Notes: a model not told the origin generated them from the letters alone. Shown: positions 1 to 9,806, counted from the first letter of the stretch. The stretch is 49,676 nucleotides of DNA from an uncultured Candidatus Saccharibacteria bacterium (GCA_964503935.1 CAZDCJ010000002.1:1-49676), one strand, 5' to 3'. Numbers and translations are program-made.

Positions 1-14
1 CGATACGACCCGAT

Positions 15-1565
15 CTACTTCCTCACCTTCTCCGTCACCCAGAATTCCATGTATTTCCCGAAAAGCATCCGCGTCTGCGCATCAAGCATCGGCAATGCCC
101 CCAACGGGATAGATACGATCGGCGAGAGCACCCACTGCAGGACCATCATGGTTTTCTTCCAACGGGGCGTCCCTTCCGGCGCGGGCGGCAGAAGATAAAG
201 CGAGGTAAAGAGCGAAGTCAGGAGTCCGACCATCGCGAAAGTCATGAGATATCCCAGCACCTTGGGGAGCGTAAGAGCAAAGATAGTACGGTTGAATTCC
301 TCACCGCCGAACCAGATCGGCATCCAGCCGAAAAGAGTGATGATGATCGGCGACACTCCCCACGAGATGCGGCCGATGAATTCCTCCCAGGACTTGCCGA
401 TCTTCTTTCCGAGTGAGATCTTCTCGTCCCGCCATAAGGCCCGGTAGATGATCGGGATGTTCTCTATCCCCCACGCCCAACGCCGCTGCTGCTTGTACTG
501 GTTCCACACGGTCTTGCGGTAATTCTCCGCCAGCACCGCATCCAGCGAAACCGGCAGATATATCGGCTCGACGCCGTAATCTCCGTGGTAAAGCATGAAG
601 CATTTCCAATAGATGATCGAATCGTCGGAGATGACGTCTCGCGGCCAGTAATTCACATCGACCAGCGTCTTAAAGCTCATGGAATGGCTGGAAAAAGTGA
701 CCATCTTCTCGCGGCGCACGCTCTGGGTGATCTGCCAGAAAGACGAAGTAATCATGATGACCCGGACCACGCTGTTAGTCTGCCAGATATTATTATTATA
801 GAGCGGCAGCGGCTGATAGCTATATTGGAGCCGCTTCGGATTCATCATGAAACGGTATGTGATGCACGAAAAATATCCCCTGTGCACGCAGGTATCGCTG
901 TCGAAAGTAGAAACTATGACATCCTCGTAGCTGATACCTTTCTCGTCCAGGAACATGCGCGCTTCTTCCCCCGCCCAGCTGGCATTAGCCCCTTTGACCT
1001 TAGCTTCGCCCAAGATGCCATCGGGGTGGAAAGTCGTGATGTAACCGAAGAAACGGCTGCCGTATCTCTCTTCCATCGCTGCCGCACGCTCTTTCGCCGC
1101 TTCACCCGCCCGCTCCTCGAAAGCCATCACTATGACCATGCGATCCTTCGGATAGTCGCTCTTGCAGATAGCCTCAAGCGTCTGCTGAAGGACTTCCAGC
1201 CCCTCCTGGTACGTCGGGATTATGACAACATGATAGATGCTGCGCCAATCTTTGATAGTGCTGTCTTCCTTCGAATCCTTGAGGGACTGGCATTTGCTGA
1301 CCCAGTCCACCTTGTCCCATATGCGCATCCGCCGGTATCCGAGCACCATAAAGACGGTAATGTAGAATACTTTCACCAGCCAGTATATGTCGAAGACCAA
1401 TATGAAGATCGCAATCGATATCGGGAGCTTGAATGACAGCAAGATGCTGACTAGAAGGAATAGCCATGTAGTAATGCCGGGAAGCATCTCGAGCGCCCTC
1501 TGTATCTTCCATTCTTTCTTGTCTTTCGGTTTTGAATCCGGGAAATCGAATCCGGGAGCAATCAT
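15..1565 (-). CDS. Membrane-embedded family-2 glycosyltransferase (processive, cellulose-synthase-like)
   Basis: 516-aa ORF with hydrophobic helices at both ends. GT-A motifs VIIPTYQEG and FDSDT, plus QxxRW (QQRRWAWG). Confidence 0.8.
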   Translation of the reverse strand: MIAPGFDFPDSKPKDKKEWKIQRALEMLPGITTWLFLLVSILLSFKLPISIAIFILVFDIYWLVKVFYITVFMVLGYRRMRIWDKVDWVSKCQSLKDSKEDSTIKDWRSIYHVVIIPTYQEGLEVLQQTLEAICKSDYPKDRMVIVMAFEERAGEAAKERAAAMEERYGSRFFGYITTFHPDGILGEAKVKGANASWAGEEARMFLDEKGISYEDVIVSTFDSDTCVHRGYFSCITYRFMMNPKRLQYSYQPLPLYNNNIWQTNSVVRVIMITSSFWQITQSVRREKMVTFSSHSMSFKTLVDVNYWPRDVISDDSIIYWKCFMLYHGDYGVEPIYLPVSLDAVLAENYRKTVWNQYKQQRRWAWGIENIPIIYRALWRDEKISLGKKIGKSWEEFIGRISWGVSPIIITLFGWMPIWFGGEEFNRTIFALTLPKVLGYLMTFAMVGLLTSLFTSLYLLPPAPEGTPRWKKTMMVLQWVLSPIVSIPLGALPMLDAQTRMLFGKYMEFWVTEKVRK

Positions 1566-1738
1566 AATTTGAGATTAATTATTATCAGCCGCTATAGCCT
1601 TATTCGATCCATCCTCTTTGATGATATAAGGCTTCTTTTGTTATTTCATTCACCCCCTCAAGCATCAATCTTCGTCATATCCGGATTACCATGTTATACA
1701 GGTTAACCTACTATAAGAATACAAGCAAGGACAAAAAT

Positions 1739-1890
1739 GTCAGCATTACGACTGATAAGAAGCATCTTTGGATTCATTCCCCTCTCTAAGAGGGGTGGCG
1801 CAAAGCGCCAGGGTGTGTCGTATAGGCTCGGAATTGCCCCCCCCCCGATCAGGTTGAGGGTAAGCCCTGCCCTCGGATCCTCGCAATGAC
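1739..1890. repeat. REP/MITE-like intergenic hairpin cluster, degenerate copy
   Basis: Ends in ctcgcaatgac (1880-1890), with a degenerate left end gtcagcattacg. Internal hairpins cccctctctaagagggg and ggcgcaaagcgcc. Confidence 0.4.
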
Positions 1891-1914
1891 GGTAAGGCAT
1901 ACCTCAAGTATAAA

Positions 1915-2721
1915 TCAAATCTTTTCCCTGGCAAAGCGGAGATAGGTCTCGAAGGAATTCACCTGTCGGTCGATATTGAACTCTATGAAATTCTTCATAA
2001 GGAGCGCGGCGCGGAATATCGCCCCGTACTCGGCCTTGATCCGCGAGAGCTCGGCAAGCTTATCCGATACCGCTTTCCCATAATCGGGACTATCGCGATC
2101 CACGACCAGGAACCGCATCAACTTAATAGCCTCATCGGACACATGGACCGCATCCGGAATCCTCGCCGCGCATGCCGTATCAAGGACTCCGCCCAGCGAA
2201 AAGCTGAAGTAGTTCTTGCCCGCGTATATCTTCTCTCCGCAAAAGACGCACTTGTCAGACTGCGGAGAGAAACCGGAAAGCGACAGGAGATTCACTTCGA
2301 AGAATAGTATCAAGAGCCACCAGAGAGACTGCCTATCCTCAGGCTCCCTATCCAAGAAGACGAAAGATGACCGAAGAAGGTCGAATACGCGTCGATCATG
2401 ATATCCCTCCAAGGTCATCCGGTCCGCGATTTCCGCCATCACTGACGCGGCCATGATCCTGTCGAAAGAACGGCGGAGTGTGAGAAATGGGTCAAGGACG
2501 AAGCTGTTCGCGACAGTGTCCGTCTTCTTGCCATGGACAAGATTGAAATCCGCACACAAAAAGGGCTCAAGATGTCCCTTGAGTTTTCCCTTTGCCTTGC
2601 GCGCGCTCTTGCCTACCGCCTGCGTTTTGCCGAAATCCCGCGTATATATGCGCACCGAGAGGTTCGTTTCTCCGAAATCGCTGCGTCGCAAGATTATCCC
2701 TTGTGTGCGATAAGTGCTCAT
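1915..2721 (-). CDS. recO: DNA repair protein RecO
   Basis: 268 aa. N-terminus MSTYRTQGIILRRSDFGETNL is typical of the RecO OB fold. CxxC zinc motif CVFCGEK. ATGA overlap with the ileS stop. Confidence 0.85.
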   Translation of the reverse strand: MSTYRTQGIILRRSDFGETNLSVRIYTRDFGKTQAVGKSARKAKGKLKGHLEPFLCADFNLVHGKKTDTVANSFVLDPFLTLRRSFDRIMAASVMAEIADRMTLEGYHDRRVFDLLRSSFVFLDREPEDRQSLWWLLILFFEVNLLSLSGFSPQSDKCVFCGEKIYAGKNYFSFSLGGVLDTACAARIPDAVHVSDEAIKLMRFLVVDRDSPDYGKAVSDKLAELSRIKAEYGAIFRAALLMKNFIEFNIDRQVNSFETYLRFAREKI

Positions 2722-5700
2722 TTCTTTATACCTAAGATTACTTTTTCGCCGCTTAAGTCGAGCTCCGCCATGCCGTCAAACTCTTCCGAAACGACAGCAT
2801 CGACCGCATCAAGCTGGCGAAGGAGACATTCTTTCCTGATTTCCTCTGTCCACTGCCCGAACATCTTCCTGGCTTTGACTTCGCCTTCGGATACCGAATA
2901 CTTTACACTTACGATGTCATCACGCTCATACTTCGCGTTCTTGCGCATCGCCTGGATCTGCCGGATGACCTCGCGCGCCGCGCCTTCGAGCTCCAGCTCT
3001 TCGGTAAGGTTGAGATCAAGCGCCACACGGATACTGCCTTCGGGAGAAATGCCCCAGCCTTCCCTTTCCATAACCGCATCGATGACTTCCACTTCTTTGA
3101 CATTCAGCTCGTCTTTGAGGATATCGATAAGCTCGTCTCTGAGCTCCCCTGCTCCCGCTTTCTGGACCGACAAAGTCCGGAGTGGCATCCGGACTTTCAT
3201 CCGGTTCTGCGCCCTGACCGCGAGACCGAGCGTCACGACCTCGCGCGCCGCTTCCATCTGCTTGCTCAATTCATTATCAATCTTATCACTATCAGCTTCC
3301 GGAAATCTTTCCAAATGCACTGACTTCTTATCCGTGAGATTCTTGAATATCTCGTCCGCGATGAACGGCATGAACGGCGCCATCAGCTTCGTAAATGTCA
3401 CGAGGACGTGATAGAGTGTATGGTAAGCCGCCAATCTGTCCGCCGCAGCTTCCGAGGTGAAGCGCCGACGCGACCTTCTCACATACCAGTTGGAAAGCTC
3501 ATCCATGAAATCCATGAGCGGCCGCGATGCTTTCACCAGGTCGTAATCCTGCATCTCCCGATCGACTTCCGAAATCAGCAGATTGAGCTCAGAAATGATC
3601 CATCTGTCGAGAAGATTATCAGACTCCTTGTAATCCGTTATTTCCTCTCTTTCGATCTTGCCCAATTCCGCATTCATCACGAAGAACGAATATGTATTCC
3701 AGAGCGTCAGCACGAATTTCTTGAGGACCTCGTCCACGCCCTTTTCCGAAAATCTGAGATTCTCCGCCTTCATGACCGGCGAGGTGAAGAGGTAATAGCG
3801 CAGGGCATCCGCGCCGTATTTCTCGAGGATTACGTTCGGATCCGGATAATTCTTGAGTTTCTTGCTCATCTTCTGTCCGTCTTCCGCAAGAACGATCCCA
3901 TTCACGATCACATTCTTGAAAGCCGGCTTGTCGAAGAGGGCGGTCGAGAGAACCATGAGCGTATAGAACCACCCGCGGGTCTGGTCGATGCCTTCCGCGA
4001 TAAAATCCGCCGGATAGCTCGTTTCAAACTTCTCCTTGTTCTCGAAAGGATAATGGAGCTGCGCGTACGGCATGGAGCCCGACTCGAACCAGCAATCGAA
4101 CACGTCGCCGACGATCTTCATCGGCCTCCCGCACTCCGGGCAAGCAAGACAGATCTCGTCGATATACGGCTTATGCAGATCGAATCGCTTGCCGTCTTCG
4201 CGGACGTAAAAAGTCCTGGTTTTGGCATTCTGTATCTTCATCTCGATAGCAAAATAGCTTTCCACATCAAGATCATTCAGGATCTTCTCCAGCATCGCCC
4301 CTACGATACCATGAGCGACGACCAAGATATTTTTGCCCGGATATTTCTCTATGCACTCTCCGATGAACTCCCCAACTCTCTTTTCCGCATCGACTCTCGA
4401 CTCGCCATCACCGCCAAAGCGAAAATTATATCTCTCTTGCACATTGCCGAATGTCTTCTTATAATCACGATAAAGTTCGTTCTTTTCCTGCAGCTCGGCA
4501 TTAGTGAATCCATCCCAAGCTCCATAATCCATTTCACGGATGAGTTCGCTCTTCTCTATGGGCATATCCAGCACTTCGGCGATGATTTCCGCAGTTTCCA
4601 TGGCACGCATGACCGGTGAAGATAGTATAATATCCACCTTCTCGTTCTTGAGCTGCCGGGCCAGATCTTCGGACTGTTTTCTTCCTTCAGGAGCCAGATG
4701 ATGGTTGTTATTCCCGCTGGAACGGACACCCAGGATATTGCTCTCGGCGATGCCATGCCGCGCGAAGATAAATTTCGTTATCTTCCTGTCAGTCTTCGCG
4801 CGAAGCTCATCGATTGAACCGATCACTTCCGTCTTGCCGCAGTCCGCGCATTTCCATATCGGAAGCGGCGCACCCCAGAAACGGCTGCGGGAGATCGCCC
4901 AGTCGCGCGCATCCTCCAGCCATTTGCCGAAGCGTCCGTCCTTGATGTATCCCGGCACCCAGTTCACCTGCTGATTGTTCTTTACGAGACTGTCCTTGAG
5001 CTTCGTCACCTCGACGAACCATGACCCTGAGGCGTAATTGAGGAGCGGTGTGTCGCATCTCCAACAGTGCGGATAGCTATGCTTGTAATTCTCCCAAGCG
5101 AAAAGCTTCCCTCTGTCATTAAGATAATTTTTTACATGTTCATCTGTCTCGCGGGAATTACGTTTGGGCTTTACTTCCCTGCCTTGTCCTTCCTTATCGA
5201 CAAAATATGATTTCTCGTCCTCCGACATCGCATCCATGAAATCAACGAAATGTCCGGTGCGGCTGACATGCTGCACGAACGGCAGTTTCTCCTCGCGCCC
5301 GAGTCTCATGTCGTCCTCGCCGAACGCCGGCGCGATGTGCACCACGCCCACGCCTTCTTCCGTCGTCACGAAATCCCCCGCATAGATTTTCCATCCATTC
5401 TCTCGGTTCACAAGGTCCTCTTTCTCCGCATAGTAGTTAAAAAGAGGTTCATATTCAAGACCGACAAGTTGTTTGCCCTTAAATCGTTTGACTTCTTCTC
5501 CATGTGAGGCCAACATCTGATACACAGAAGCTTTGTCGTTTGGATTTCCTCCAGGAAAATTTCCATATTCACTATACTCTATCCATTCTTTATTAGTCTT
5601 CTCTCTCCATTGCTTAGCTATATCCGCGGACAAAATATAGAAGATGCCCCTATCATTCAACATCACATATTCAATATCCTCCCCCACCGCCAGCGCCACG

Positions 5701-6566
5701 TTCCCCGGCAGCGTCCACGGCGTCGTAGTCCAGGCCAGGATATATACATCGCTGCCATCCTGAGCCTTAGCGAAGGATCCCGTTATATCCTGCATAAGTT
5801 CGGGATTCTTCACTTCGCTATCGCTCCGTTCAGAATGACTGCCCTTTTCCCCCTCAACACTCTCCGGATCCGCGTCATTCCCCTCTTGAGAAGGGCTAGG
5901 GGTGTGTAGTATTTTCTCCGCGCTCTCCTTCGTAAGCTTGAACTTAACCGTCGCGGAAATGTCCGTGACATCCTTGTACCCCTGTGTCACCTCGAAATTG
6001 GAAAGCGTCGTCTCACACCGCGGACAAAGATGCATCGCCTTATATCCTTCGTAAGCCAGCCCTTTCTTGTACACTTCGGAAAAGACCCACCAGATCGATT
6101 CGGTATATTTCCAATCCATCGTCCGGTAGTCATTCTCCATGTCCACCCAGCGCCCGACGCGGGGAATGAACTCCTTCCACTCCTTGGCATATCTCTGGAC
6201 CGATCCGCAGCACGCTTCGTTGAACTTATCGACGCCCAGCTTCTCGATCTGCTGTTTATTCTCGATTCCGAGCTCCTTCTCGATGAGATTCTCGACCGGC
6301 AAGCCATGGCAGTCCCAGCCCCAGCGGCGGTCGACGCGCCTTCCTTTCATTGTCCAGTAGCGCGGCACCGCGTCCTTGATAAGACTCGCCACCACATGCC
6401 CATAGTGCGGCAATCCGGTCGCGAATGGCGGCCCGTCATAAAAGCTGAAAGCCGGCCGGCCGCCGTCCGACATCGACTCTTCGAAGATTTTCTCGTTTTT
6501 CCAGGACTCCATGGTTTCCTTTTCCATCTCGGGGAAATTCCGCCTCGGATCTACCCTCTTGAACAT
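2718..6566 (-). CDS. ileS: Isoleucyl-tRNA synthetase, unusually long at 1282 aa, carrying an inserted histidine-phosphatase domain
   Basis: HIGH-type motif PHYGH, KMSKS motif KMSKKL, editing-domain signature WTTTPWTLPGN, and Cys knuckles CADCGK and CPECGRPM. Extra segment with RHG...VVAHG at residues ~596-793. Confidence 0.95.
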   Translation of the reverse strand: MFKRVDPRRNFPEMEKETMESWKNEKIFEESMSDGGRPAFSFYDGPPFATGLPHYGHVVASLIKDAVPRYWTMKGRRVDRRWGWDCHGLPVENLIEKELGIENKQQIEKLGVDKFNEACCGSVQRYAKEWKEFIPRVGRWVDMENDYRTMDWKYTESIWWVFSEVYKKGLAYEGYKAMHLCPRCETTLSNFEVTQGYKDVTDISATVKFKLTKESAEKILHTPSPSQEGNDADPESVEGEKGSHSERSDSEVKNPELMQDITGSFAKAQDGSDVYILAWTTTPWTLPGNVALAVGEDIEYVMLNDRGIFYILSADIAKQWREKTNKEWIEYSEYGNFPGGNPNDKASVYQMLASHGEEVKRFKGKQLVGLEYEPLFNYYAEKEDLVNRENGWKIYAGDFVTTEEGVGVVHIAPAFGEDDMRLGREEKLPFVQHVSRTGHFVDFMDAMSEDEKSYFVDKEGQGREVKPKRNSRETDEHVKNYLNDRGKLFAWENYKHSYPHCWRCDTPLLNYASGSWFVEVTKLKDSLVKNNQQVNWVPGYIKDGRFGKWLEDARDWAISRSRFWGAPLPIWKCADCGKTEVIGSIDELRAKTDRKITKFIFARHGIAESNILGVRSSGNNNHHLAPEGRKQSEDLARQLKNEKVDIILSSPVMRAMETAEIIAEVLDMPIEKSELIREMDYGAWDGFTNAELQEKNELYRDYKKTFGNVQERYNFRFGGDGESRVDAEKRVGEFIGECIEKYPGKNILVVAHGIVGAMLEKILNDLDVESYFAIEMKIQNAKTRTFYVREDGKRFDLHKPYIDEICLACPECGRPMKIVGDVFDCWFESGSMPYAQLHYPFENKEKFETSYPADFIAEGIDQTRGWFYTLMVLSTALFDKPAFKNVIVNGIVLAEDGQKMSKKLKNYPDPNVILEKYGADALRYYLFTSPVMKAENLRFSEKGVDEVLKKFVLTLWNTYSFFVMNAELGKIEREEITDYKESDNLLDRWIISELNLLISEVDREMQDYDLVKASRPLMDFMDELSNWYVRRSRRRFTSEAAADRLAAYHTLYHVLVTFTKLMAPFMPFIADEIFKNLTDKKSVHLERFPEADSDKIDNELSKQMEAAREVVTLGLAVRAQNRMKVRMPLRTLSVQKAGAGELRDELIDILKDELNVKEVEVIDAVMEREGWGISPEGSIRVALDLNLTEELELEGAAREVIRQIQAMRKNAKYERDDIVSVKYSVSEGEVKARKMFGQWTEEIRKECLLRQLDAVDAVVSEEFDGMAELDLSGEKVILGIKK

Positions 6567-6654
6567 ATATTTTAGATTAAGATGCTTAACATGAATATCA
6601 CAACCGACATGATTGATCCGATAAGCTTTATATCATGAAGAAAATCCCACCATT

Positions 6655-6774
6655 GTCATTCCGAGAACTTGGCTACGCCGAGCATAAACTCCGCGAGGAA
6701 TCCCTCTCTTAAGTCAGAAATGTACGATAAACAGGCAAGATGAGTGATGATCGAGGGATTCTTACCAGAATGAC
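6655..6774. repeat. MITE-like inverted-repeat element (gtcattccgag ... agaatgac)
   Basis: Terminal motifs gtcattccgag (6655-6665) and cagaatgac (6766-6774). Internal inverted repeat gaggaatccctc / gagggattc. Same family as the copies at 19096, 20843 and 36821. Confidence 0.6.
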
Positions 6775-7039
6775 AAATTGATGGATTTGTCGCGAGATAT
6801 AAGGCTCATAGGACTGATTTAGATAGTTTCTATATCCTATATGCTTGCTATTGACAACATTAATCTTAAGCCAAAAAGAGGTAAAAGTAAAGAAAAAAGA
6901 ACCGAATATAGATCCGGTTCAAACTCAGGTTTCGGCGCGATTTTCCGCTTTGATTTACTTTCTGTTTTTCCAAAAGACGTCTTTTGTCCGATATCTTCTT
7001 TCGTCTCCAAAGAACGATATTTCCCGACACGCGAGGAAA

Positions 7040-7558
7040 TCACACATATCCCGGAATATTCTTATCTTTCTGATATTTTTCTCCTAGATGAGATTGCATC
7101 ATCTTCACCAGATCCTCTTCATCCGCCACCTCTGCGATAAAGATGCTACCGCCACAAGGAATTAGCGCCAGTTTCTTGTCAAAAACTGATTCTGCCTGAG
7201 AACGCGTAATTCTCATCTTGGTATTACAGCGGAAGAAACACTTGGCCAAGGAGCACTTGGCGTCTATCTCCTTTATCCGCTTGCGGGAGTCGATTTCCAG
7301 CTTTTCGAAATCTCTTCCGCCGAGGATTTCCTATATCTTCTTCTCATATCGATCGACAAGATCGATGGCCAGTTCTTCGAAACCATTGATAGGACCCCAT
7401 TTTTTCATTCCCATTTCTTGGAGCATCTTCTCGAATTCGAATTCTTTGCTACGCTCGGCATCGCTTGGAAGGAGCGATTCATCGCATTTCTCACGATACA
7501 GATCGTTCAGATCCGCCAGTATTTCTCCCAAGATGCCGGAAAGGACGCACCGCGGCAT
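7040..7558 (-). pseudogene. Orphan gene interrupted by one in-frame TAG (75-aa and 69-aa ORFs in the same frame)
   Basis: ORFs 7331..7558 and 7040..7249 share a frame (offset 309 nt). The only stop between them is TAG at 7331-7333, and the translation continues ...EKKI*EILGGRDFEKLEIDSRKRIKEIDAKCSLAKCFF... Confidence 0.4.
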
Positions 7559-7721
7559 ATCCGCATAGACAAAATCGATTCTTTTTTCCAGAATATCAAC
7601 TCTTTTTGTTTTTATGCATATTTTATGCGTTAGTTATTCTATCCTTGAAACGACGATGCGTCAACGGACGCGGCACGAAAACAAAAAAATAGCCGAGTCT
7701 CGCGACTTGGCATCGGAATAT

Positions 7722-8339
7722 TCATACATATCCCGTTAAATCATCCTCTCTTGTAATTTGTCCGCAATTCTTTTCCGGAACCACATTCTTCGTAAAATCA
7801 TTCGACGGAACGAAAGTAATAAAGATCTGCGGCTTTTTCAACAACCAAACCGAATAATCCTCATCTACATCGAATCCGGGAAAACCATACTGCTCGTTTT
7901 CTTCGAAATTATCCTCGGATATGCCCACTTCGAACATCGCGCCGGCCACAATACACCGTCCGGTCAATGCTTGATATTCCTTAATCTTTATCAGTTCCCC
8001 TTCCGCAAGATTACCTTTTTTTCTGCGGAATGCCTCGATCTTATACTCGTAAATCTTATGCAGGGTAAACCAAAGCTTGTCTTCTTCTCTCATCGAGCGC
8101 AGTTTTTTTTCCGTTCTCGATTTATCCAGCGGCGCAGGCTGTATGAATATCTGATTTTCATGAAGAAGAAAGATATCACGCAACGGAGTGTTTTGCAGCG
8201 GGAATTTGGCTGCCATTTCCTCTACGCTCTTTGCCGATAACCATTCTTCCGTATCATTTCCGACCGACGTTTCTCCGGGGACTGATGCTTCATTATCTCT
8301 TTCTTCGCATATTTCCTCCATATTTTCACCTTCTCCCAT
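7722..8339 (-). CDS. Hypothetical acidic protein (205 aa)
   Basis: Long ORF in an AT-richer block. No family recognised by eye. Confidence 0.5.
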   Translation of the reverse strand: MGEGENMEEICEERDNEASVPGETSVGNDTEEWLSAKSVEEMAAKFPLQNTPLRDIFLLHENQIFIQPAPLDKSRTEKKLRSMREEDKLWFTLHKIYEYKIEAFRRKKGNLAEGELIKIKEYQALTGRCIVAGAMFEVGISEDNFEENEQYGFPGFDVDEDYSVWLLKKPQIFITFVPSNDFTKNVVPEKNCGQITREDDLTGYV

Positions 8340-8464
8340 TTCAATGTACGTTTTTATTGCATTTTTTTCATCTTACACAAATCCCCCCGAAAGTCAATCG
8401 CTATTGACGACTGACGATTTATATGCCATAGATTATGCGAGATTAAAGCTTGAGGAGGAATCGT

Positions 8465-8836
8465 ATGTGCTTAAACGAAAAGATAGAAGGATTGGAAAGA
8501 TTGCATGCCGTAATCGTAAGCATGACGGAAAGAGATTGTTCCATGCCCGGTCCTGGTCCTGTTTTTTTCCATAGCCTGGAGGAAATGAAAAAAGCAAAAG
8601 AGGAAGGAACGGAGTATATGGAATGGCTCTCCCCCATGGCAATACTGGTAATCGGCATCTCAGGAGGCTTTTGTCTCGACCCCGGCCAGATCAATGATAT
8701 CGAAGAAGAAGACAAGATATGGAAAATGATCGAGTCGGCGGCAAGTGAAGGAAAAGGCCTGAGCCAACTTTTGGAAGAAGTAAACAAACTGATTGCAGAA
8801 GATTCATCCAAAAGCACGAAGAAGAACGACATCTGA
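8465..8836 (+). CDS. Hypothetical protein (123 aa)
   Basis: ATG at 8465, 6 nt after the SD gaggagg (8452-8458). In frame with track ORF 8450..8836. Confidence 0.55.
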   Translation: MCLNEKIEGLERLHAVIVSMTERDCSMPGPGPVFFHSLEEMKKAKEEGTEYMEWLSPMAILVIGISGGFCLDPGQINDIEEEDKIWKMIESAASEGKGLSQLLEEVNKLIAEDSSKSTKKNDI

Positions 8837-8886
8837 TAAAAAGATGTCATTTTTTTGTCATGCGCTCATTTATATCCGCATCCGCC

Positions 8887-8915
8887 TTGGCGGATACGCC
8901 TAATTACTGTATAAT
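8887..8915 (+). promoter_or_regulatory. Sigma70-like promoter for the 8942 gene
   Basis: TTGGCG-17 nt-TATAAT, ~27 nt upstream of the ATG. Confidence 0.5.
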
Positions 8916-8941
8916 CTGTACAGATAAATATTAAGAAAGCT

Positions 8942-9784
8942 ATGGACGATACAAACAAGCAAGCGATAGGAATAGCGCTCGTGCTATCGCTCGTAATCAC
9001 CGCCGTGGCACTTTATTTCTATTTTTCAGATCCTACGAATAAGATAGGCCGGCAGACAGCCGTAGTCAAAGAATCCGATACGGACGATACGGAAGAAGAA
9101 ACCGATGATAAAAATGATGATGCGATAGAAAGTACTTCAGAGGGCACTACCGGATTTATCAAGCCGACCGAAGGAACCAGTACTCCGGCGAAAAACGGTT
9201 GGATGAGCTATACCAGCTCCCAAGGAATCTCCTTCGATTATCCCGAAAAGGTATCCGGCACTGACTGCAGCGGAAAGACCGGAGTCGCTGTCCCCCTGAA
9301 AGCTTTCGAAGACTCTGGAAATGACTCCATATATCTCACCGCCGACTGCTCTGACACGCTGGAAAGCCTCCGCAAGGATACACTGGGGGTCTCCGCCGCC
9401 AAAGACGGATACAAACAGGAAAAGGTTGCGGGAGAATGGAACATCGTCCTTGCTCCGATCAAGAACGAAGACGACCTGGATGCCTTCATCGGAAAGCATT
9501 ATGGCACAGGCGGATGCGAAGCCGGCGAGCGACAGCTGATCAAAGGACAGGACGACATCTATATCGTCACCATAGACGGGAAAGACTGGGCAAACCCCGG
9601 CGACCGTATCAGCATAAGCAAGACCTGCAAGGTGGATTATGCCTACAAGATACTGTATGCGCCGAAAAAGGGGAAAGCCGTATCTGTAATCCTCGGACAA
9701 GGCTGCACCTTCAAATCCGTGGATGACCAGGAAGACTGCTATGAAATGGAAGACAAGATCATCGCGAGTATGACCTTCGATTGA
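8942..9784 (+). CDS. Membrane-anchored secreted Cys-containing protein, paralog A
   Basis: N-terminal TM helix, acidic linker, then a domain clearly homologous to ORF 30739..31464 (GW.SY.SS.GISF.YPEK, FED, CSDTLESL). Confidence 0.7.
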   Translation: MDDTNKQAIGIALVLSLVITAVALYFYFSDPTNKIGRQTAVVKESDTDDTEEETDDKNDDAIESTSEGTTGFIKPTEGTSTPAKNGWMSYTSSQGISFDYPEKVSGTDCSGKTGVAVPLKAFEDSGNDSIYLTADCSDTLESLRKDTLGVSAAKDGYKQEKVAGEWNIVLAPIKNEDDLDAFIGKHYGTGGCEAGERQLIKGQDDIYIVTIDGKDWANPGDRISISKTCKVDYAYKILYAPKKGKAVSVILGQGCTFKSVDDQEDCYEMEDKIIASMTFD

Positions 9785-9806
9785 GATATCGGATTCCGGG
9801 AGATTT

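Noticed and set aside
585-1436. 283-aa plus-strand ORF
   Set aside because: It is entirely antisense to the well-supported GT2 gene and has a biased, low-complexity composition. It is a shadow ORF.
2533-4619. Plus-strand ORFs of 292 aa and 403 aa
   Set aside because: They are antisense shadows of ileS. They are Ser/Arg-rich with no motifs.
6567-6840. T-box leader upstream of ileS
   Set aside because: The conserved T-box sequence (AGGGTGGNACCGCG) is absent. The region is instead occupied by a MITE-like repeat.
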